Source: Polyangia bacterium (lineage in GTDB: Bacteria > Myxococcota_A > Polyangia > JAAYKL01). Taken from it: a DNA stretch of 64,000 bases. The stretch spans positions 1 through 64,000 of the forward strand of contig JBNKCR010000065.1 of NCBI GenBank assembly GCA_050287845.1, read 5' to 3'. The notes beneath the pieces are model-generated. The model was not told where the DNA came from, made no database searches, and saw nothing but the letters and a program-made list of their open reading frames with translations. A program made the translations under genes and the position numbers. Shown here piece by piece: positions 1 through 7,433 of the stretch. Position 1 is the first letter of the stretch. The number at the start of each line of letters is the position of its first letter.

Positions 1-49
1 CCGCCGTGCGGTTCGAGACACTCGCTACGCTCGTTCCTCACCACAGCGG
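1..49. repeat. REP-like palindromic element (possibly truncated by the window edge)
   Basis: The minus strand reads CCGCTGTGGTGAGGAACGAGCGTAGCGAGTGTCTCGAACCGCACGGCGG. The ends CCGCTGTG/CACGGCGG pair with one G-U. The GAGCGTAGCGAG..TCTCGAA core resembles dispersed REP-type palindromes (from memory). Only one copy was seen in the window. Confidence 0.5.
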
Positions 50-292
50 CTCTGTTTCCCTAAATTACTGGCCCAACTTAATTCTGTATCCGAATTGTTG
101 CATCGTCTCGTTTTCGAAATTGGTACACCTCGAATAGCTCAAATTGACTTGAATTTGCGCGAACGTCCAGAATTGCGGCTTTGGCCGGCAGTATCCGACG
201 AGATGTTCTCCTTCAGTTTATCATACCAGAGCTGTTGCTGTTGCGGACCGGGAAGCTTGATATACAGCTTTTCCAAACAGGGATCACCTCAC

Positions 293-784
293 TCACCGAA
301 ATGTTATCCTACCGATTTTTTGAACATCAATGGGGAAATTACAGATTGTGTGCAGTACCAGTTCCGTCAGTGAACACAACCTGCGCTGCACCGTTTTTGA
401 AAGCCTCATTCCAATATCGAGACATTCCGGTTCCATACCGACAATAACTGTATGCGGCGCCCTCCCCACAAGCGTCAGTGTGTTGAGAACCTGGCAGATG
501 CCTACCTGATGAATGGACGCATGAAAGATGTCCTGCACCATGCGCACCTCGCCGGCTGCGAATCGATACATGGTGCCGGGGGGGGCACCACCGCGGATGC
601 AATCCACCATCACCAACTGGTCGAAGCCACTGATCATATCCATGAGTCCGTATCCTTCGGTACCGCCATCAAAAATAACAATATCGTCGGGCACATTCAT
701 CTGTTGCAACTTCGAGATGCAATGAACACCTACTCCCTCATCACCCAGAAGCATGTTTCCAACGCCAACGATTCCCTTTCGCAT
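293..784 (-). CDS. hyaD: Hydrogenase maturation protease (HyaD/HybD family)
   Basis: GVGNMLLGDEGVG, DGGT, VDC and SIH motifs. Lies directly downstream of the large subunit gene. Confidence 0.93.
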   Translation of the reverse strand: MRKGIVGVGNMLLGDEGVGVHCISKLQQMNVPDDIVIFDGGTEGYGLMDMISGFDQLVMVDCIRGGAPPGTMYRFAAGEVRMVQDIFHASIHQVGICQVLNTLTLVGRAPHTVIVGMEPECLDIGMRLSKTVQRRLCSLTELVLHTICNFPIDVQKIGRITFR

Positions 785-803
785 TCTTCCTCCGGTGAAA
801 TCA

Positions 804-2369
804 TCATTTTCCCATCATGGGGTCGATGACATACTTTATTGCCGCGTTGGTTTCCGGATGAATCATGTGTACCGCGCACGCCAGACACGGATCGAAGGAG
901 CGAATCACGCGAACCACATTGATGGGATTATTCTCGTCCGGAACAGGGACGCCAATCAATGATTCCTCGTATTGACCCCGGATACCGTTTTCATCCCTTG
1001 GGGAAGCATTCCACGTTGACGGCACAACCGCCTGATACCGTTTGAGAACCCCTTTTTCAATCTGTACCCAATGCCCCAGCGCCCCTCGTGGCGCTTCATA
1101 GAAACCAGCACCTTCCATCGCATCTGTACTGATTTCCCCGATGTCGGCATGAATCTGAAACTCTGATGATGCCATGCTGTCAGATAAATCCTCCACCCAC
1201 TGTTCCATGGCGTCTCCAATGATTAAACTCTCAATCGCGCGACAGGCATGCCGGGCAACCACACCGGGTTGAACGCCCTGTTTCACCAGCGCCATCAGAC
1301 GTTCGTTCCGCATCACCAGCATCCTGGCCAATGGACCCACTTCAAACGCCCGTTCCGCATATCGCGGTGCCTTAATAAACGAATACGCGTCGTCCTTATC
1401 GCGTTGAACAGCCTGAGTTCCCTGATATGGATGCACGGGTTTGGCATCTTCATACCACGCATATGTGACAGACTCCCTGATCTTTTCCTGATCAAATTCA
1501 TCAATATCATCGATATTGTCGGTGATGACACCGGATTTAAAAAGTGGATTCTTTCCGTCCGCGTCACTGAATGCGCCGTAAGCTATATAGTTGACATGTC
1601 CCTGACCAAAACCACTCTGAGCCAATGGGAAAAGTGCACCAGTTCCCACCGCCATCACATCATTAAAATACACGTCGCGGACGAATTTGAGTCCTTCTGT
1701 GAGTATCGTTCGAAAATGCGAAATCTGATCCGCGGTTGGCAACTGCGTAACGCCACCAGTAACAATGGTCTGATAATGCGGCGCGCGTCCACCAAAAATC
1801 GCGCCCAGTTTCTTGAACATCATTTGCCAGTGCAGTGCATCCAGGTAATGTTTCACGAGTGTCAGAACGGTTTCCGGATCACGTATACAGAATTCATCCG
1901 GCTCGTATCGCGGATACAGGGGGTGCGCGTCATTCGCGGATATCAGACCCGCAAGCTTGCCTTTCACCTCAAGGAGATCCCTGTCATTCCCCTGATATTC
2001 AGTTACGGCCAGTACATCCAGATAGTCCAACGCCGACAAATGATAAAAATGCAGAATGTGATCATACAGATATTCTGCGCCCATCAGCAGATTGCGAATC
2101 AGTCGTCCACCCTCAGGAACGTCGATTCCCAACGCATTTTCCAGGGCCAATACTGACGCCATTGAATGCACCGAAAAGCAGACGCCACAGAAACGACTTG
2201 TAATATAAGGTGCGTCGAATGGGTGACGTTTCTCCAGCAGCTTTTCAAACCCCCGGTACATCGTGCCACTGCTCCAGGCATCCTTCACTTTTCCATTTTC
2301 AATTTCCACTTCAATTTTAAGATGTCCTTCAATCCGGGTAATGGGGTCAACAATAATACGTTTACTCAT
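804..2369 (-). CDS. [NiFe]-hydrogenase large subunit, group 1 (1a-like)
   Basis: DPITRIEGH, L1 motif RFCGVC, HILHFYHL, EAPRGALGHW, and L2 motif SFDPCLACAVH followed by a cleavable C-terminal tail. The L2 Cys codon is TGT, not TGA. Confidence 0.96.
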   Translation of the reverse strand: MSKRIIVDPITRIEGHLKIEVEIENGKVKDAWSSGTMYRGFEKLLEKRHPFDAPYITSRFCGVCFSVHSMASVLALENALGIDVPEGGRLIRNLLMGAEYLYDHILHFYHLSALDYLDVLAVTEYQGNDRDLLEVKGKLAGLISANDAHPLYPRYEPDEFCIRDPETVLTLVKHYLDALHWQMMFKKLGAIFGGRAPHYQTIVTGGVTQLPTADQISHFRTILTEGLKFVRDVYFNDVMAVGTGALFPLAQSGFGQGHVNYIAYGAFSDADGKNPLFKSGVITDNIDDIDEFDQEKIRESVTYAWYEDAKPVHPYQGTQAVQRDKDDAYSFIKAPRYAERAFEVGPLARMLVMRNERLMALVKQGVQPGVVARHACRAIESLIIGDAMEQWVEDLSDSMASSEFQIHADIGEISTDAMEGAGFYEAPRGALGHWVQIEKGVLKRYQAVVPSTWNASPRDENGIRGQYEESLIGVPVPDENNPINVVRVIRSFDPCLACAVHMIHPETNAAIKYVIDPMMGK

Positions 2370-3370
2370 ACTGGCACCATGTGTCCTTTGCGTTGTGAGA
2401 CTTCCTTTTCAGCAAACAGAGGCGCGTCCTTTTCCAGAAATGTCGGCTCCGCGCATCCCAGACAGGGACAACCCGAATCGATGCAATGATTGACGCCGCC
2501 GTTGTACTTTCGCACCACACAATCCGATGACGTTTGCGGCCCGTGGCATCCTTTCATGAAAAGACACCAGTCACGTTGCGCAGGGTCATTCCAGTCATTC
2601 AGAAAATTACCAGCGTCATGATGGGGTCTTCTTCGACACTGATCGTGAATCCGCTTTGAAAAAAAAGCAACTGGACGGCCATATTCATCCAGTTCGGGTA
2701 GTGCCTCATTCTCCAGAAGATACACGATAGTAGTCAGTAAATGTTCATGATGTCCGGGACAGTGAGGCAAGTTGATAACCGGACCATCCACCACATCAGA
2801 AACCGGGAGTCCTTTAGACGGTGTTTCTCTGGGAATTCCCCCGAACGATGCGCACGCACCGATAGCAATGACCGCCGCCGCCTTGTCACTGAGACGCTGC
2901 ACGGTCTTCCGAAAAGAAACGCCGCCAATTTCACAGAATCGATCGTCTGCGCCGGGGATTGCACCTTCCACAATCAGAATATACCCCCCTTCAGAAATTG
3001 CATCTTCGACACATTGCGTTGCCACTTCACCCGATGCCGCCATTACAGCCTCCTGATAGCGAAGAGATATGCGATCAAGGATGATTTCCGTGATGTCCGG
3101 TTCCTCGTGGTTTAAAAACTGAATACTGCATCCGGTACATTCCTGACCAGACAACCAGACCACAGCAGGCTTTCGCGCAGCGTTATTCAATGTATCCGTG
3201 ATACTATCTGTATCTGTCCATTCTCCGCCTTCGCCACGGATGCCGCATCCCAGGAGCGCCATTGACCCGGCAACCCCACCGCAATAAAAAAGAAATTTCC
3301 TGCGAGAGACACCAAATTCGTTCTTGCCCTTATCCTGTTCAGATTCTGATTTGTTTTTTCCGCTCTTCAT
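2366..3370 (-). CDS. [NiFe]-hydrogenase small subunit with Tat signal and probable lipobox
   Basis: SRRKFL twin-arginine motif followed by LLGC. Fe-S ligand motifs ECTGC, GACASFGG, PHCP, IHDQC, CLFMKGC, SDC, NHC, CLGC. No C-terminal TM helix. 4-bp overlap with the large subunit gene. Confidence 0.95.
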   Translation of the reverse strand: MKSGKNKSESEQDKGKNEFGVSRRKFLFYCGGVAGSMALLGCGIRGEGGEWTDTDSITDTLNNAARKPAVVWLSGQECTGCSIQFLNHEEPDITEIILDRISLRYQEAVMAASGEVATQCVEDAISEGGYILIVEGAIPGADDRFCEIGGVSFRKTVQRLSDKAAAVIAIGACASFGGIPRETPSKGLPVSDVVDGPVINLPHCPGHHEHLLTTIVYLLENEALPELDEYGRPVAFFSKRIHDQCRRRPHHDAGNFLNDWNDPAQRDWCLFMKGCHGPQTSSDCVVRKYNGGVNHCIDSGCPCLGCAEPTFLEKDAPLFAEKEVSQRKGHMVPV

Positions 3371-3406
3371 TTCAACCTCTCAAATTCTGACTCTGACAAA
3401 TAAACC

Positions 3407-3979
3407 TCAATGACACCCACTCGAATTTGAACCGCATGTCACATCTACCCTGCCATTCTGATGAATGGACGGCTCCAGCATCTGAGATCCATTCTCATTT
3501 ATTGCGCCACCATGACATGCCTTATTATTGCAAGCGAATCGTCGATGGGATGAAATGTTGTGCGGCATCGCATCCGGCGGAATCCCATGACACGTATTGC
3601 AGGAAACCGTACCTGTATCGCTATCCATCCCGGTGTCTATAGCCGTGCCCGTGTCCGTGTCTGTATCCGTGTCTGTATCCGTATCCGTGTCCGTGTCCGT
3701 GTCTGTATCCGTATCCGTATCCGTATCCGTATCCGTATCCGTATCCGCATCCGTGTCCGTATCAGAATCTGAATCGGAATCACTGTCGCTGTCTGAATCG
3801 GAATCGGAATCACTGTCGCTGTCCGAATCTGAATCACTGTCAGAGAAATCAGCCGAAGTGTTATCACCACTGATGGAACCATCGCACCCTGCCAATGACA
3901 TGAGTACATAATACAATACTGAAACTGAAAGACCGAACATGGCCTTTCCCCTGAATCGATTGATGAATATTTTCTTCAT
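3407..3979 (-). CDS. Lipoprotein with Asp-Ser/Asp-Thr linker and C-terminal c-type cytochrome domain (CxxCH, CX4CH, CX6CH)
   Basis: Lipobox LAGC and about 65 aa of DS/DT repeats, then CNTCH, CNNKACH, HQNGRVDV and terminal CGSNSSGCH. Resembles the Geobacter-type CxxxxCH/CxxCH domain. RBS GGGAGAG upstream. Confidence 0.75.
   Translation of the reverse strand: MKKIFINRFRGKAMFGLSVSVLYYVLMSLAGCDGSISGDNTSADFSDSDSDSDSDSDSDSDSDSDSDSDSDSDTDTDADTDTDTDTDTDTDTDTDTDTDTDTDTDTDTDTGTAIDTGMDSDTGTVSCNTCHGIPPDAMPHNISSHRRFACNNKACHGGAINENGSQMLEPSIHQNGRVDVTCGSNSSGCH
3643..3845. repeat. In-frame hexanucleotide tandem repeats encoding (DS)n(DT)n
   Basis: GTATCC/GTGTCC/GTGTCT units followed by GAATCG/GAATCT/CTGTCG units on the + strand. 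Confidence 0.92.
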
Positions 3980-4119
3980 ACAACTCTCCCTTCAATCGTT
4001 TAAAAAAATTTCGCTGGACGCGTTCATTGCCTGAATGGCCGGAACTCAGAAAAATTGTGAAAAAAAATTTTTTTAGAGTTGAGAGGGGGAAAAAAAACAG
4101 AACTGGCCCCATCACACTG

Positions 4120-5709
4120 TTATTTTTTTGTTTGACGGTAACCGAATCGATAATTCAAACCGAATGATACCATGGGGCCGGCCATGAAGGTCTCTTCGGC
4201 ATATCTGTCACTATCCAGTTTTTTACCCGTCACCCAGGCGCCCGCGCCACCGACCGCTCCGGATACACTGATGGATCCCGCATCGCCGTTCCCCCGCAAC
4301 CATGCCAGCACACCAATCTCTCCATATGCATGCCCGAGGCGCCCGCCGCCGCCCCCAAGGAACATGTTCACCCGATACCCCAACGGAATATTCAGCTGAG
4401 CGGAGGTGCTGCCATAGGCAAATCCTTCATCTTCGCTGCCCACCTGCGAGATGCTGGCAAACAGAAAGGCATTCGATATGGTCAGATTCAGGCCATCCAT
4501 CGGTCCGAGCCGGATAAATTGAGAGAGCGCAAATGCTGCGTGTTTGGCCGCGCCGCTGTTTACATTGTCATCCGTCGCCGAGTCCCCCCACCAGTCATCA
4601 CTGATCGTGGCATTCATGCGACCGTTCGTGATGCCGGCGCCAACACCGAGTCCCACCGCAAACGCCCGACCGTCATATCCGCCTTCAACAAGGGCCATAC
4701 TATTAAAGATAGTACCTTCATTGGTACCGCCAATGGCAAGCGGTTTCACCCGGAACCCTGCAAATGTATGCTTGCCATAATAGCTCACATCCAAATCCAC
4801 CAGCGCCCCACCGCCACTGTTTCCCGCCAGATTCAGAATGGGGCGGGCAGTGAACCCTGCATTGCCAATGTTCGTCAGCTTCTCCGGAAACATGTTGCGC
4901 CGGGAAATCCGTTTGTCCACATATGCCGCCTCGTCACCTACTATGGCCCTGTCGCCCCTTGGGAGCTTTCCGATGGCCGATGTCTCATTCACTGCGGTGA
5001 TTTCCACCATGGCCACCAGCTCCTTTCCGGTAAACACTTCGCCACCGCCTTTCACCGATACATTCCGATAAATTTCAAACCGATCCTTCAATTGAACACC
5101 GTCACTGGTGCCCACATTGAGTTTCACTTCACCGGGAAAAGTGTCGTCCACAGTAATGGGCGTATCGCGAGCGAGAAGTGGATGCGCTTTGGGAGGTGTT
5201 CCCGTCAGGACCTCTTTGTTTTTTTTGCTCTTCACCGCCGGGACGGGTGTGGTGGCGTCGGTCAGATTCACCATTGCTGCCCCCTGTGCATCAGCGTCTT
5301 CCAGTACCGTGGCATTGGTAAGATGGGTTTCCACCCAGACGCGCTCTCCCGACACAAAAAATCCCATCGCATTCCCCGAAGGGGTGGGCACTATTCGCAA
5401 CTGGACAGCATCAGAATCCGTCAATTGAAACACAATCACGCCACTGCTTCCTGCGGCCACATACAACAGATTACCACGCTGATAAACCGCCCTTGCGGCT
5501 TGAGGCAGTGGCAATACCACACGGATTTCTCCCTTTGACACCATCACCTGTCCATCCTCAATGGTCGCTTGCCAGTCCGTGGCAACTGATTCGGCAACAG
5601 CGCCCTCTTCAGTCTCCCCTTCATCGGCCCGGACCGAATGCACCCCGGTGAAAACAACGCCACACAGGCACATTGTAAAAATCATTCTTCGCCATTTCAT
5701 GCTTTGCAT
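4120..5709 (-). CDS. Secreted protein with LVIVD-like repeat, central beta domain and probable C-terminal outer-membrane beta-barrel
   Basis: Signal peptide ending VRA. AVYQRGNLLYVAAGSSGVIVF repeat. Gly/aromatic alternating strands ending VSFGLNYRF. Start moved to ATG 5709, which follows a GGGAG RBS. Confidence 0.6.
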   Translation of the reverse strand: MQSMKWRRMIFTMCLCGVVFTGVHSVRADEGETEEGAVAESVATDWQATIEDGQVMVSKGEIRVVLPLPQAARAVYQRGNLLYVAAGSSGVIVFQLTDSDAVQLRIVPTPSGNAMGFFVSGERVWVETHLTNATVLEDADAQGAAMVNLTDATTPVPAVKSKKNKEVLTGTPPKAHPLLARDTPITVDDTFPGEVKLNVGTSDGVQLKDRFEIYRNVSVKGGGEVFTGKELVAMVEITAVNETSAIGKLPRGDRAIVGDEAAYVDKRISRRNMFPEKLTNIGNAGFTARPILNLAGNSGGGALVDLDVSYYGKHTFAGFRVKPLAIGGTNEGTIFNSMALVEGGYDGRAFAVGLGVGAGITNGRMNATISDDWWGDSATDDNVNSGAAKHAAFALSQFIRLGPMDGLNLTISNAFLFASISQVGSEDEGFAYGSTSAQLNIPLGYRVNMFLGGGGGRLGHAYGEIGVLAWLRGNGDAGSISVSGAVGGAGAWVTGKKLDSDRYAEETFMAGPMVSFGLNYRFGYRQTKK

Positions 5710-5783
5710 ACTCAACTCCCTTTCGCTTCAAAAACAGCCGTTTCTGGCGTGTGGTTCACAACAATGATCATGACCGATAGCCA

Positions 5784-5801
5784 TTGCGCAAAGCGTGCCA
5801 G
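5784..5801 (-). promoter_or_regulatory. Putative sigma54 -24/-12 promoter
   Basis: The minus strand reads CTGGCACGCTTTGCGCAA (TGGCACG, GG-N10-GC), about 75 bp upstream of ATG 5709. Confidence 0.6.
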
Positions 5802-6230
5802 GGTCCAGAAATCCGCGACAACGTTGAAAAATGAAAAATATTCACTGGATTTGGCGAAAAAACACCTGTACTTTTTTTGCCACAGTGTAGTGGGCGGCAC
5901 ACCCAACGGATAGCGGACAGCGGTGTTGCCCATTTACCTGGTATATGTTAGGACGCGGCCAGACAGACCACATATACAACCAGGAACGATCATTCGCTTG
6001 CCGAATAATAATACAGCAGCAACGATTGCATATGAGCGAGCCATAAATGATTAATTTTTCGGCAACACGCAACGCTGATGTCCTGAGATTGACCTGTTGT
6101 CGGAACCAGTACTGCCCCAGTGCAGACACGGGGAAATGATGTTCCGGGGGTGCCCGACTCTTCGATATTGCAGGGAATCGTCCCGGACAGTGAACTTGAA
6201 TTCCCTGGTAACTACAAAAGGAGCGAACAG

Positions 6231-7433
6231 ATGACTATCTCCAGACAGATTGCATTGATACTATTTGCAGCCCTGTCATTGACGGCCTGCAGAAAGCCGG
6301 CGCCAGCCAGACAGATGGACGCGGAACCCGATGTGGCAAAGGTGCAGGTGCACGAAATCAAACCCCGCACCTGGCGCCAGACCATTCGCACCTTCGGACG
6401 TATTGAAGCCGCTGAGAAAGTCACTATATCCGCAGAGATTTCCGGAAAGGTGAACGAAGTGCTCTTTGAGGAAGGTGACCAGATTCAGGGAGGCCAGAAG
6501 CTGGTATCTTTTGATTTATCGGAAAGTCGAATGCAGCTGAAGCAGGCGGAAGGAAATCTCTCGGGGGTTACCGCGCGTCTCAACGAAGCCAGAACGATGC
6601 TGGCCCGTCGGGAAGACCTGTATAAACAGCGCGCCATTGCCAAAGAGCAGCTGGAGGCCGCCCGAACCAACGTGGCAGCGCTGGAAGCCACCTTTGCCCA
6701 ATTGTCCGTGGGACGCAATCTCGCCCGTCACAATATTAAACGCGGGCAACTGCACAGTCCGGTGTCCGGCACGGTGGTGAGTCGAAACGTGGATGCCGGC
6801 GAAGTGGCCCTCCCCGGTCAGACCCTTGCTGTCATTCATGTCACCGATACCATGCGCGTCACCACCTGGGTCACTCAGGAAGAAATCAATACCGTACGAA
6901 CGGGCATCGAATGCCAGGTCACGACCACTGGTGCAAGGGGCCGAACATGGCAGGCACACGTGGAGAGCGTGGGCAATGCGGCAAATCCCGGTACCGGCAA
7001 CTTCCCGGTGCGACTGACCGTGAACAACTCGGACGGCCTTCTGAAAGCGGGAATGAGCGCAATGGTCACCCTCACTGGACTGGAAACCAACGATGCCATC
7101 GTGATACCGGAAACCGCCATCGTGGACAGGAATCGAAAGCGGGTCGTGTATCTCCTTGACAAGGATAGAGCCCGCGAAGTGGAGCCGGTTCTCGCCGCCG
7201 GGTCCACCGGTTCCATCCGGCAGGTTTTGCATGGACTGAATGTGGGAGACCGCGTGATTGTTGGCGGCATCGATAACGTGGCCGATGGAACCCCGGTCGA
7301 AGTTACCGGTTCAATCCCCCTTGATGCGGGCATGTCTTCCACCCAAACCGACCAGACTCCAAAAAAGAAACAGACAAACAGCGGTCAGAAGGAGGAACCC
7401 CGTAAGGAAGCGCAGGCCGAGGGGGCGTCATGA
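6231..7433 (+). CDS. RND efflux periplasmic adaptor (membrane fusion lipoprotein)
   Basis: Lipobox LTAC, lipoyl halves (ISAEISGKV, SPVSGTV), hairpin, LKAGM and GLNVGDRVIVGG. ATG 6231 follows AAGGAG. Confidence 0.93.
   Translation: MTISRQIALILFAALSLTACRKPAPARQMDAEPDVAKVQVHEIKPRTWRQTIRTFGRIEAAEKVTISAEISGKVNEVLFEEGDQIQGGQKLVSFDLSESRMQLKQAEGNLSGVTARLNEARTMLARREDLYKQRAIAKEQLEAARTNVAALEATFAQLSVGRNLARHNIKRGQLHSPVSGTVVSRNVDAGEVALPGQTLAVIHVTDTMRVTTWVTQEEINTVRTGIECQVTTTGARGRTWQAHVESVGNAANPGTGNFPVRLTVNNSDGLLKAGMSAMVTLTGLETNDAIVIPETAIVDRNRKRVVYLLDKDRAREVEPVLAAGSTGSIRQVLHGLNVGDRVIVGGIDNVADGTPVEVTGSIPLDAGMSSTQTDQTPKKKQTNSGQKEEPRKEAQAEGAS

Noticed and set aside
1..60. GGTTCGA as a tRNA T-loop
   Set aside because: No T-stem, acceptor stem or cloverleaf. 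A palindromic repeat fits better.
95..447. Short + strand ORFs downstream of hyaD
   Set aside because: They overlap hyaD in antisense and have no RBS or recognisable motif.
860..900. Selenocysteine in the hydrogenase L2 motif
   Set aside because: The codon is TGT and the ORF is uninterrupted.
3560..3911. Arg-Ile and Val-Ser repeat ORFs
   Set aside because: These are shadow frames of the DT/DS hexamer repeat.
5885..5935. c-di-GMP-I riboswitch
   Set aside because: GACAGCGG..TTGCC resembles the 3' end, but the GGCAAA/GAAA/GACGCAAA core is absent.
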